Assembly (NCBI GenBank): GCA_038134595.1
Contig: JAYPVM010000004.1
Span: forward strand, 101,573 to 165,572
From: Pseudomonadota bacterium
GTDB lineage: Bacteria > Bdellovibrionota_C > UBA2361 > OMII01
Direction: 5' to 3'
DNA length: 64,000 nt
The notes beneath the pieces were generated by a model. The model had not been told where the DNA came from. It made no database searches and was given only the letters and a program-made list of their open reading frames with translations. A program made the position numbers and the translations under genes. Positions 40,742 to 49,947 of this stretch are shown here, piece after piece; the stretch's first letter is position 1; each line of letters starts with the position of its first letter.

Positions 40742-41110
40742 ATGAATACCTTAAATCCTTACCTGGGAATTGCACTTCTGACAGCGCTTTCGGCTGGCTT
40801 TTTAGCGTTTATGGTTATTTTGGCATCGATTCTCGGTCCGAAGAATAAGACCAAAACTAAGCAGATGCCGTGGGAGTGTGGAGCTATCCCGGTGGGTTCT
40901 GTCAAGGATCAGCGCTTTAACGTGCGGTTTTATCTCGTAGCGATGCTTTTTATTCTTTTTGATATCGAAGTTATTTTTATGTATCCATGGGCCGTCATCC
41001 TCGAGGAATTCGGTGCTGTAGCATTGCTTCAGATGTTGTCGTTTATGTTAGTTCTCGCGGTAGGTCTGATGTATGTCTGGAAGAAGGGTGTCTTAAACTG
41101 GAACGACTAG
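40742..41110 (+). CDS. nuoA: NADH-quinone oxidoreductase subunit A
   Basis: PWECG, RFYLVAMLFILFDIEVIFMYPWAV and YVWKKGVLNW. Confidence 0.95.
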   Translation: MNTLNPYLGIALLTALSAGFLAFMVILASILGPKNKTKTKQMPWECGAIPVGSVKDQRFNVRFYLVAMLFILFDIEVIFMYPWAVILEEFGAVALLQMLSFMLVLAVGLMYVWKKGVLNWND

Positions 41111-41147
41111 CGACGCACAGAAGTGCTTGAGAATCTTTTGAAAATAG

Positions 41148-42113
41148 ATGGGTAGGACTCCTCGTACCGTAACGTTATTTTTCTCGTCTGCAATCGCCTT
41201 TCTACTTGTGTTTGTTCCAGTATTAGCACTGGCGAATCGAGCCCGTTTTTGGTGGCAAGAGCTCATCGTTAATCATGCCCTTTGGCTGCTTGTCTCGAGT
41301 GTTGCAGCGGTGTCCTACCTTTGCCTAAGAAGTAGGCCTGGAATAGCGTATCGTTGTGTGCAGGCAGTTTCATTGATGCTACTGGTATATCATGTGGTAT
41401 TTGTGGGGCACCTACTACTGCCGTATGTTACCGGAGCCCTTCGGCAGGTCGACGATGACCGGGAGCGGGTGTCCTTAGCATATATACAGCGCTTTTCTTC
41501 CCTTCCTGATTTACTTGAGTTTAGCATCCGTTTTAATCCTCACATTCTCATTGCCCAGGACTTTCCTATTTCTAAGGTAGCCGCTGTAAAGGAACGTTTC
41601 CCACACATAAGGGTTGCTTCTGGTGATAATATCCGAGGGATTTTAATTGCTTCAACATTCTCTGTTTCCGACGATATTGCTACGAATCTAGGCGTGGGTG
41701 CTTACCCTGGAATGGTGGTGAGAATACAAGTTAATCAAACATTCGCGCCCCTTTTGGGGGTCTTAGCTCTAAAGCCCTCGAGGAATCAAGAGAGCTTAGA
41801 GCGAAATCGAATTACGTCTCGACGTTTAGCCTCTGTAATGCGAAATGGCGTAGGTCCGCGAATGGCGCTACTCGACCTATCGACAACCCCCTGGTCCCAG
41901 TTTTCGTATATTTTTCAGGAGCAGACCGATATGAAATCCATGCTCGAGCATCTTGGTTGGCGTGAATATATTGCTATCGGTAGGCCATACGGAATTAAGA
42001 CCTTACACAATATCTTCGCTTCTCCTGAATTTAACTGTATCAGAGCGATGCCGGAAGGAATTCAAGACGAACGTATGTTGGTCTCCTGTCAGGTGCCAGA
42101 ATACTCTGACTAG
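41148..42113 (+). CDS. Membrane-anchored, degenerate endonuclease/exonuclease/phosphatase-like protein
   Basis: Three N-terminal TMs; remnants of EEP motifs (PHILIAQD, LDLSTTPWS in place of GDFN-TPWS). Confidence 0.5.
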   Translation: MGRTPRTVTLFFSSAIAFLLVFVPVLALANRARFWWQELIVNHALWLLVSSVAAVSYLCLRSRPGIAYRCVQAVSLMLLVYHVVFVGHLLLPYVTGALRQVDDDRERVSLAYIQRFSSLPDLLEFSIRFNPHILIAQDFPISKVAAVKERFPHIRVASGDNIRGILIASTFSVSDDIATNLGVGAYPGMVVRIQVNQTFAPLLGVLALKPSRNQESLERNRITSRRLASVMRNGVGPRMALLDLSTTPWSQFSYIFQEQTDMKSMLEHLGWREYIAIGRPYGIKTLHNIFASPEFNCIRAMPEGIQDERMLVSCQVPEYSD

Positions 42114-42361
42114 TTGATGTCAACTTGGAGTGAGTCTTAAAACTGCTGTAGTTGGTTTTTAGACTGGATGAATGCGGCCTTGCAAGGTGAGAACGATGGC
42201 GGTTGGTGATGATGGCCGCAGACGCTAGTACAGATAAATTGTGTTATGATTTAGAGCATGTTGCCCTCAAATTTTTGAAATATCACAGCATCTTCACAAG
42301 ATAGTACGGTGTTTGAAATCTTGGTATTGAGTCAGTGGGTCCTTTGGACGATACGTCCTGT

Positions 42362-44320
42362 ATGGATTTATTATACGAGCTTCCATTATCAAATCAGACA
42401 CTGCTCGGTGCATTTATGTTGCCCTTTGTTTTCTATGGGTATCAAGCGCGCTATTGGTACGACGAAAAAAAATTAGCACTTTACGATTTTGTTCTCCAAG
42501 TTGTGGCAAGCATCTCGGCAATTGTTTTAGTGGTGAGGATATACAGCGCAGTTATAAATGGAGAGCGTGGTATCATCGAATTAGCACTTCTTCACTTTGC
42601 ACCGGTGGTTCTTACCTTTCTGGCTATGAATAGAAATAATCGCAGTGGACACGGAGTGATTGCAACAACCTCTCCTACTGTCAAGCAAGAGGATAGTGGC
42701 TATAGCCCTGAGGCCAAAAATGACCAGATCGAAGCGATGGCCTGGGATGATCTCATTATAGATAGAGGGACTAAGGAGGAGTTAGAATCTGTCATTGACC
42801 TTCTCAAGAAACCTCAACTGGCAGAGGATTATGGAATAGCGTTACCGAAGGGGATTTTATTTAATGGCCCGCCGGGTACGGGAAAAACTACTATCGCAAA
42901 AGCTGTTGCAACTAAGGCAGAGTTAAGTTTTTACGTCCTTAGAGCGAGTGATATCGTTTCGAAATGGGTAGGAGACTCCGAGAAAAATTTAACAAAGCTT
43001 TTTTCTCAGGCTCAATCCAATTCGCCCGCACTCATTTTCATCGATGAGATCGATTCAATAGGTAAAAAGCGATCTGACTCGAATGCGGCCCATGCCGACA
43101 ATTTATTAAACCATCTTCTGCAGCTAATCGATGGAGTGATAAAAACTGAAGGCATCTACATTATTGCCGCGACCAATCGCGCAGAGCTGGTGGATGATGC
43201 TCTTCAACGTGCTGGAAGACTAAACAGAGTTATTGAAATTCCTCTGCCGGATGAGGAATCGCGCCGCAAGTTATTTCATGTGTACACAAGAAAACTTAAG
43301 CTTGCCTCGGATGTTGATATCGACATCCTAGTAGAAGTCACGGATGGAAATTCCGGAGCTGATATCAAAGCGATCTGCAATCAAGCTGGCCTACAAGCTT
43401 TTCAGCGGGAGCAGCGGGCTCCGGCATCTAGTCGGACACACATGATTACTAGTCAGGATATGCAAGAAGCTTTAGACATGTTTATTGTTGAAGAGGATGA
43501 TGATTTTCTCGAAGACGATACTAAACCCCGTGCTCCACAAGCTCTTAATGGTCAAGTAGAGAAAATAACGTGGAATGATATCATCATCGATATTGAGCTC
43601 GAACGAGAGCTCAAAAGTGTTGTGGAGCTTTTGCACGATCCAGCCGCTGCGCAAGCCTATGGTATTAAAGTCCCGAAGGGAATTCTACTCAATGGGCCTC
43701 CTGGGACGGGAAAGACGACTCTGGCAAAAGTGGTTGCCAATGAAGCGTCGCTAGCATTTTTTTCGTTGCAAGCTGACGAGGTGATTTCAAAGTGGGTCGG
43801 TGAGTCTGAAAAGAACCTCACCCGTTTGTTTAAGGCAGCGGCAAAATCAGCACCCGCGATCATATTCATTGATGAAATCGATTCAATCGCCAAGAATCGA
43901 TCGGAGGGGAATGCGCAGCATGCAGATAATCTCTTAAATCATCTCCTGCAGTTGATAGATGGTGTTGTTTCTCGAGAAGGGATTTATATTATTGGCGCCA
44001 CCAATCGAGCAGACCTCGTTGACCCCGCGCTGAAGAGGGGTGGGCGGCTTAATAAAGTGATCGAAGTCCCGCTTCCATCGCAAGCTGCTCGGCAGGAGTT
44101 GTTTAAGATGTTTCTTTCTAAATTACCACTATCTGAGATGGTTGACATTGAAGATCTTGCTCGTAGAACCGAGGGGCATTGCGCGGCGGATATTAAAGAG
44201 GTTTGCAATCAGGCTGGACTGAATGCATTCAAAAGAGAATCTGCCAACGGAACGAGAGAACATACTGTGACTCCAGCTGATCTCGATGCGGCTGTTCGTG
44301 AGTGGAGTTCGAGCCGATAA
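42362..44320 (+). CDS. Membrane-anchored tandem AAA+ ATPase (two classical AAA domains, no protease domain)
   Basis: About 3 N-terminal hydrophobic helices; two copies of GPPGTGKT, SKWVG, IFIDEID and ATNR..D.AL.R.GR. Confidence 0.9.
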   Translation: MDLLYELPLSNQTLLGAFMLPFVFYGYQARYWYDEKKLALYDFVLQVVASISAIVLVVRIYSAVINGERGIIELALLHFAPVVLTFLAMNRNNRSGHGVIATTSPTVKQEDSGYSPEAKNDQIEAMAWDDLIIDRGTKEELESVIDLLKKPQLAEDYGIALPKGILFNGPPGTGKTTIAKAVATKAELSFYVLRASDIVSKWVGDSEKNLTKLFSQAQSNSPALIFIDEIDSIGKKRSDSNAAHADNLLNHLLQLIDGVIKTEGIYIIAATNRAELVDDALQRAGRLNRVIEIPLPDEESRRKLFHVYTRKLKLASDVDIDILVEVTDGNSGADIKAICNQAGLQAFQREQRAPASSRTHMITSQDMQEALDMFIVEEDDDFLEDDTKPRAPQALNGQVEKITWNDIIIDIELERELKSVVELLHDPAAAQAYGIKVPKGILLNGPPGTGKTTLAKVVANEASLAFFSLQADEVISKWVGESEKNLTRLFKAAAKSAPAIIFIDEIDSIAKNRSEGNAQHADNLLNHLLQLIDGVVSREGIYIIGATNRADLVDPALKRGGRLNKVIEVPLPSQAARQELFKMFLSKLPLSEMVDIEDLARRTEGHCAADIKEVCNQAGLNAFKRESANGTREHTVTPADLDAAVREWSSSR

Positions 44321-44348
44321 TTACCGACAACTGCCAGGCTTGAATCTA

Positions 44349-44807
44349 TTAGTATCGAATGCCCCCACGCATTCCGGAACCGATCCCCGCTGAGCGAGAA
44401 GTTGATCCTCCAGATCGGCGAATGCTACGCCCTGAGTTTTGTATTGAAGCTCTGTAGGCTCTGTTGATTAAGGAATTACCCGTCCGGCGTTGCAAAATGA
44501 TGTCCCGTAGCATTCTTCTTCGCTCCTCGGTCGTAATAACATCGTCGTAGGAATTTTTTTCATATCCGACGTTGGGAAGAATGTTTTTACGAGTGCCGCC
44601 AAATTGTTCAAGAGCCCCACCGCGATCTGTTTGGCCCGAAAGGCTATCTGTACACCCGAAACTCGTTACAGCGTCTCCATAACATTGAGCCTTGAGGGGA
44701 TTGGACGGCACGAAGATACCGAAAGCTGTAGTGATGAACAGACTAGCAATAATTCTATATTTCATATGCGAAAAACTCCGGTTACTAACTGTCTCTACAT
44801 TATACAT
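44349..44807 (-). CDS. Small exported hypothetical protein
   Basis: Signal peptide MKYRIIASLFITTAFGIFV..LKA; Arg/Gly-rich tail. Confidence 0.6.
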   Translation of the reverse strand: MYNVETVSNRSFSHMKYRIIASLFITTAFGIFVPSNPLKAQCYGDAVTSFGCTDSLSGQTDRGGALEQFGGTRKNILPNVGYEKNSYDDVITTEERRRMLRDIILQRRTGNSLINRAYRASIQNSGRSIRRSGGSTSRSAGIGSGMRGGIRY

Positions 44808-44969
44808 GATACTGGTTTCTTACTGAAGTGGGCTTCAGGTACGTAGGCATAGACCAGGTGAGGTAATGAGGGTTTGAAATAAAAGAGGTGTAATTCTGGG
44901 GTGTTACGAGGGTGAGTTGGGCGCATCCCCTAATGGATAGGGACGTGGCATATGCCGAGCATAGCTTTG

Positions 44970-44986
44970 TTGGCAAATAGTTTGCA
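44970..44986 (+). promoter_or_regulatory. Sigma54 (-24/-12) promoter of flgE
   Basis: TTGGCAAATAGTTTGCA = TGGC-N7-TTGCA with canonical spacing, about 70 bp upstream of flgE. Confidence 0.7.
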
Positions 44987-45002
44987 TGAGAACCAGGTGA
45001 AA

Positions 45003-45029
45003 CAAACGATCGGCAAGGATTGCCGATAG
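45003..45029 (+). promoter_or_regulatory. GGA-loop hairpin (putative CsrA site) overlapping a sigma28-like motif
   Basis: Perfect inverted repeat ATCGGCAA-GGA-TTGCCGAT; the same stretch reads CAAA-N15-GCCGATAG. Confidence 0.55.
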
Positions 45030-45056
45030 GTAACACGATCAATTGAAAGAGGAAGC

Positions 45057-46319
45057 ATGAGGCTTGAATCTGCCTTTCGCGCAAGTCGCGAAGGACTTAC
45101 CGCACACGGTCAGGCTATCTCCGTAATCGGAGATAACATCGCTAATGCCAACACAACAGCGTTTAAACGGCAAAGGGCTGAGTTCACGTCCTTATTAAGT
45201 GATAAAGTCAACGATCGCGGCTCAGAAGTAGTTGCTGGGGTAGGTGATGGTGTTGCGATTGGTCGAGTGCGGGTAAATTTTGAGACGGGCCCTGCCTTGG
45301 TTACAGGTAGGGAGCTTGATGTGGCAATTAGTGGCCGAGGTTTCTTTCTCGTGGGCGATGCCGCGGGCCCAACGTTAACGAGGGCCGGTAACTTTCAAAT
45401 GAGTGAAGAGGGGCTCTTAGTTACATCTGAAGGACTACCGGTATTGGGATATACTGGGATTGATAATGAAATCATCGGAACGATTAATCTCCGAGATCTC
45501 GATGCCCAACCGATTCCAACGAATACAATGCAAGTGTTTGGTAACCTCGAAGCTGCGACAGTCTTAAGTACACCTCCAGCTAATGCCATTACCTTTCAAG
45601 AGATTAGCGGAGCAGCAAGTTTCATCGCCACTCAAAGCGTTTATGATGCCGCAGGCGAACGACATGATATACAGTTGGCCTTTTTTAAAACCAATGTGAA
45701 TGAATGGGGTGTGCAGGCCTATGTAAACGGTGCTGATGTCGGACAGGAAGTTGACCAGCCTGTGCTCCTCGGTGAAGCTACACTTGCCTTTAATCAGTTT
45801 GGCCAAATACTAGAAGAGAATACACAACAGGCAACGCTTGCTTTAAATCCTACGTGGGGAAATGGTGCCGCACAAAATCCCATAACTATTTTATTGGGCG
45901 AGTTTACGCAATTCGCTGGGGGCTCGCGCGTCACCAATGTCACCCAAGATGGTAGAGGGAATGGAGATGTTGTTTCGTACCAGATTAATGATGATGGAGA
46001 AATTTTCGGAGTTCTTAATACCGGTTTGAGTGTGCAAGCGGGCTCTCTGGCCTTGGGGCTTGTGACAAGTACCGAGGGACTAGCTAGAGAGGGAGCAAAC
46101 TACTTCTCTGTGACAGCTGAGGCAGGTGATCTAGAGATAGAGCGCGCCAGAGTTGGGGGACGCGGTGTTATTCAAGAGGGAGCTCTTGAGTCATCTAATG
46201 TAGACCTTCCAGAGCAGTTTAGTGATATGATTATCGTTCAGCGAGGATATCAGGCAAATTCTCAGGTGCTTTCAGCCGCTAGCGATTTATTGAAAAGCAC
46301 TATCGCAATGGTACGCTAA
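45057..46319 (+). CDS. flgE: Flagellar hook protein
   Basis: VIGDNIANANTTAFK, DVAISGRGFF, TRAGNF, SVYDAAGERH, GALESSNVDL and QRGYQANS. Confidence 0.92.
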   Translation: MRLESAFRASREGLTAHGQAISVIGDNIANANTTAFKRQRAEFTSLLSDKVNDRGSEVVAGVGDGVAIGRVRVNFETGPALVTGRELDVAISGRGFFLVGDAAGPTLTRAGNFQMSEEGLLVTSEGLPVLGYTGIDNEIIGTINLRDLDAQPIPTNTMQVFGNLEAATVLSTPPANAITFQEISGAASFIATQSVYDAAGERHDIQLAFFKTNVNEWGVQAYVNGADVGQEVDQPVLLGEATLAFNQFGQILEENTQQATLALNPTWGNGAAQNPITILLGEFTQFAGGSRVTNVTQDGRGNGDVVSYQINDDGEIFGVLNTGLSVQAGSLALGLVTSTEGLAREGANYFSVTAEAGDLEIERARVGGRGVIQEGALESSNVDLPEQFSDMIIVQRGYQANSQVLSAASDLLKSTIAMVR

Positions 46320-46340
46320 GTTTTCTTAGCGTTTTGCAAT

Positions 46341-46530
46341 CTAGCAGGGTGGTGAAAAAAGGTTCCGTCGTGAACATTTTGAGAGTTTTGACGAAACGAG
46401 GCGGAGACGAAGAAAAAACCGGAGGCGTATCCACTGAGATACGTGCAAGGATTTTTTCTGCGACTCCAACGAATTTGCAGTCGAACTATCGAAATGTGTA
46501 ACAGGAAATCATTGTTCACTACCCTGCTAG
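46341..46530. mobile_element. MITE-like element, copy 2 (inverted relative to copy 1)
   Basis: CTAGCAGGGTGGTGAA...TTCACTACCCTGCTAG; reverse complement of 40011-40199 with few differences. Confidence 0.85.
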
Positions 46531-46575
46531 GTTCGATATCTACATCTGCTTTCTAGGAATCTGTGTCGTTAGTTT

Positions 46576-47862
46576 CTATGCTGACTGTAAGACCTCGGCG
46601 AGTTTGATAGTTTTCTCTCGTGTAACTTCCCAGCAACAGGTGTCTGCGATATTTTGGCTAAGGTGGGCAAATATCTGGGACTGCCTATCGAGAGCAGTTT
46701 GTAGCTCTGCATCGGGAGTTCCTCCTAAGAGCACAATCTGCCGATCGTTAAGAATCCTGCTTACTGCGCGAGAAATAATTTTTGTACACTGCATAAATTC
46801 CGACGTATGGAGTTTTGTATAGAGGCGAGAAACGCTTTTTGTGATGTCTATTGCTGGACGAACGCCAAGTTCTATCATCTCAGTTGATAGACAAATGTGA
46901 CCGTCAAGCAGGCTCTTTATCTCATCGGCCAGCGGGTCGATGTCATCTTCTTGATTTGTTAATACAGTATAGATAGCAGTTATCGACCCAGCTGATGCTC
47001 TGCCTGCGCGCTCGACTAATCGGGGCAATTGCGTATAGACCGAATTGGTATAGCCATGACGAACAGGAAGGTCTCCGGCACCGATGCTTGTTTCCCTCAC
47101 GGCACGAGCCATCCGTGTAAGAGAGTCAACGATAAGAAGCACATTTTTACCTTGGTCCCGAAAAAACTCAGCGATGGTCGTGGCAGTATACGGAGCGGTT
47201 TGTCGTAACAAAGAGGAGTCATCGCTGGTTGCTACTACCAATACGCTGCGCTTCATGCCTTCGGCACCGAGGATATCATCTATAAACTCCTGTACTTCTC
47301 GTCCGCGCTCTCCAACCAGAGCGACTACGATCACGTCAACATCAGCCTGTCGAGCTATTGAGGCTAGCAGTGTGGATTTACCGACACCGGCTGAGGCGAA
47401 TACACCGATTCGTTGTCCATATCCAAGCGAGCAAAATGCATCGATGGACCGGATTCCAGTGTGAAGTAATGTGTCAATCGGAGGGCGCCCTGATGCAGGT
47501 GGAGGTTTTGCATAAATTGAGCGTGCCTGCCCCGAAGAAACGACGTAGTCGCTCGATAGAGGCCTACCAAGGGGATCGATTGCCGCTCCCAAGAGATTTT
47601 CGCTAATAGGAATAGAGAGAGCTAGGCCTTGAGTGCGGATGGTAGCCCCAGGATAAACCCCTCGCGGCTCTTCAAAAAGAGCTATGTTAAAATACTCGTC
47701 TTGGAATGCTATTATTTGTCCAGCGATTGATTGATTTTCTCGTGTCGAAATCCAGCAAAGGTCACCTACGGATCCCTGGGGGATTCGAGCAGTGATGGAA
47801 TTTCCTTGAACAGAATGAATTGTCCCTGTGATAGTAAAACCCAAAGGCAGATTACCGTTCAC
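46576..47862 (-). CDS. fliI: Flagellar/type III export ATPase (FliI/SctN)
   Basis: GQRIGVFASAGVGKS, GERGREV, DSLTRMA, GSITA, SLLDGH and SVSR. Confidence 0.9.
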   Translation of the reverse strand: MNGNLPLGFTITGTIHSVQGNSITARIPQGSVGDLCWISTRENQSIAGQIIAFQDEYFNIALFEEPRGVYPGATIRTQGLALSIPISENLLGAAIDPLGRPLSSDYVVSSGQARSIYAKPPPASGRPPIDTLLHTGIRSIDAFCSLGYGQRIGVFASAGVGKSTLLASIARQADVDVIVVALVGERGREVQEFIDDILGAEGMKRSVLVVATSDDSSLLRQTAPYTATTIAEFFRDQGKNVLLIVDSLTRMARAVRETSIGAGDLPVRHGYTNSVYTQLPRLVERAGRASAGSITAIYTVLTNQEDDIDPLADEIKSLLDGHICLSTEMIELGVRPAIDITKSVSRLYTKLHTSEFMQCTKIISRAVSRILNDRQIVLLGGTPDAELQTALDRQSQIFAHLSQNIADTCCWEVTREKTIKLAEVLQSA

Positions 47863-48454
47863 CGATTTCTCCTGAATTATAGGATGTTATCTCCCTCGAT
47901 TCGGTAAAGAGGCTCTTCCAGTTAAATTCCACGCCACCTATGCCATCGGTAAGATGGAAGTCTTTATCGCCCGCTTGTGGATCTGGAACAAGTGAAATCT
48001 GCTGCGTGCAATCTGCTTTTAATTCTCTAATAATACCTTCAAAACGCGGATTATAATAAAGAGTGATCGGTCGGCGTGACCGAAGAATTGAAAGTCCTTG
48101 TGTAATCCATTTCTCAATATAGCTAATCTCTTCATTTGAAAGCCTCTCAACAACGCGAGTTGCTAGCGTCTGGGCTAGGCGCTGGGTGTCATCTGTAGCT
48201 AGCCTAAGAGTATCTTGATAGCAATCTTGAAGGCTATCAAGGACATGTTCGATATCTTGTCTGGCCTGTGCGACACCTGCGTCATATCCTTTTGCATGTC
48301 CTTGAGCGCGAGCCCACAGAGCGTACTGGAGCCGTCGTTTACGAGCTAAAGCTTGCTGTTCCGCCAAGGCTCTCCGGTGCTTGCTTTGAATGCTTCGAAA
48401 GACTTCAAATGTAAGATCAGGTCGAAGTGGAGAGGGGAGTAGCTTAACTTTCAT
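47852..48454 (-). CDS. fliH: Divergent FliH/SctL-like stator of the export ATPase
   Basis: ARAQGHAKGYDAG GxxxG repeat, YNP and PDP motifs; overlaps the fliI start. Confidence 0.65.
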   Translation of the reverse strand: MKVKLLPSPLRPDLTFEVFRSIQSKHRRALAEQQALARKRRLQYALWARAQGHAKGYDAGVAQARQDIEHVLDSLQDCYQDTLRLATDDTQRLAQTLATRVVERLSNEEISYIEKWITQGLSILRSRRPITLYYNPRFEGIIRELKADCTQQISLVPDPQAGDKDFHLTDGIGGVEFNWKSLFTESREITSYNSGEIGER

Positions 48455-48554
48455 TTCATAGCCATCAAAATACCTTGAGACGTGGTATTTTATTCTCGTC
48501 TCGTACGGCTAGCCGCATGTTTTTACCGATGCGGGTTGCTTGTAGGTAGTAATA

Positions 48555-48581
48555 GAATCGGAAAAGAGTGGAAATAGTTTA
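48555..48581 (-). promoter_or_regulatory. Sigma28-like promoter upstream of fliH-fliI
   Basis: Minus strand reads TAAA-CTATTTCCACTCTTT(15)-TCCGATTC. Confidence 0.5.
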
Positions 48582-48657
48582 CTCAGTATCAGGAAAAAAA
48601 GCGCGCTTTTGGTATTTTGTTCTCGTACGGCTGCCTTGCTACAGCACTCTTAGCTGG

Positions 48658-49947
48658 CTATACACATGTTTGTGTAACATAATCGATTATTGCTTCATGT
48701 GCTTCTTTCAGATCGACTGGACTGGTGCAATATGGAGGCATGCAGTAAATTGTATTGCCCAGGGGACGTATCAGGACATTTTTAGTTCGAAAAAATTCCA
48801 CGATCTTGGTTTTCGCTGAATTAGTGTAAGAAGTCTCATCGCTTGTCTGTAGGTCAAACGCTAGTATAGTTCCCCGATAGCGCGGATTAAGCACAGAGTC
48901 ACACTGTGCAAGCTGCTCAACGCATTGTCGATTTTGTTCGGTAATTTGAGCCCGCTGTTTCTCGCAGTCTGTAGACATTGTCAGTTCAAGGCTTTTGAGT
49001 GCCACAGAGCATGCGATTGGGTTTCCCGTAAAGGTATGTCCATGAAAAAAGGTTCGAGTGTGGTCTTTTGACACAAATTCGTCGTAGATTTGTGCGGTGC
49101 ATAGCGTCGCTGAAAGGGGCATAGTTCCATTTGTAAGTCCTTTGGATAGGCAGAGGATATCCGGCGAATGCTTTAGTGTTAGACTGCTGAATAAAGGCCC
49201 TGTTCTTCCGAAACCTGTCATTACTTCATCTGCGATGCAGGGAATGTTGTGCTCTTTGCAGATTGATAGATACGAATTGATCGTATCCTCAGAGTACATT
49301 TTCATTCCCCCAGCCCCTTGTGCCAGAGGTTCATAAATGAATGCGGCAATAGTATTGCTGGAAACTAGGTCATGGAGTTTCTCGACATCGTCGGAGGAGC
49401 CTGCTGTCGATAGATATGAAACGTCGAACATCATTGCATTAAAGGGAGCGGAGAAAATTCCGCGCGCTCCTGCTGCCATAGCGCCAAACGTATCACCATG
49501 ATAAGCATCCTCAAGAGCGACAATAGTAGATCGTACCTCACCTTGGTTAAACCACCACTGGATCGCCATTTTTAGAGCGACTTCGACCGCTGTAGAGCCG
49601 TTATCTGAATAAAAAACCCTCTCAAACTTTCCCGATGTAGCCTCAAGTAGAGCCTCAGCGAGTTCGACAGCCGGCTCGTGAGTGCAGCCAGCGAACAAGA
49701 CATGATCTAGTTTTGCAAATTGTCTTGATGCGACTTCAACTAACTCGGGATGACAGTGCCCATGAAGATTGCACCACCATGAACTGATGGCGTCAAGGAG
49801 TTTGGTGCCATCACTAAGGTATAAGTAGGCTCCTGCGGCCCGTGAGATTACCAACAGCTCCTCATTTAGTCCGTGTTGGGTAAATGGATGCCACAGACTT
49901 TTTCTGTCTCGGTTTATAAGGTCATTAGAGGAGCTCGTACTATTCAA
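48658..49947 (-). CDS. bioA: Adenosylmethionine-8-amino-7-oxononanoate transaminase
   Basis: WHPFTQ, DAISSWW, GSTAVEVALK, YHGDTFGAM, ADEVMTGFGRTG and LSKGLT. Confidence 0.95.
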   Translation of the reverse strand: MNSTSSSNDLINRDRKSLWHPFTQHGLNEELLVISRAAGAYLYLSDGTKLLDAISSWWCNLHGHCHPELVEVASRQFAKLDHVLFAGCTHEPAVELAEALLEATSGKFERVFYSDNGSTAVEVALKMAIQWWFNQGEVRSTIVALEDAYHGDTFGAMAAGARGIFSAPFNAMMFDVSYLSTAGSSDDVEKLHDLVSSNTIAAFIYEPLAQGAGGMKMYSEDTINSYLSICKEHNIPCIADEVMTGFGRTGPLFSSLTLKHSPDILCLSKGLTNGTMPLSATLCTAQIYDEFVSKDHTRTFFHGHTFTGNPIACSVALKSLELTMSTDCEKQRAQITEQNRQCVEQLAQCDSVLNPRYRGTILAFDLQTSDETSYTNSAKTKIVEFFRTKNVLIRPLGNTIYCMPPYCTSPVDLKEAHEAIIDYVTQTCV

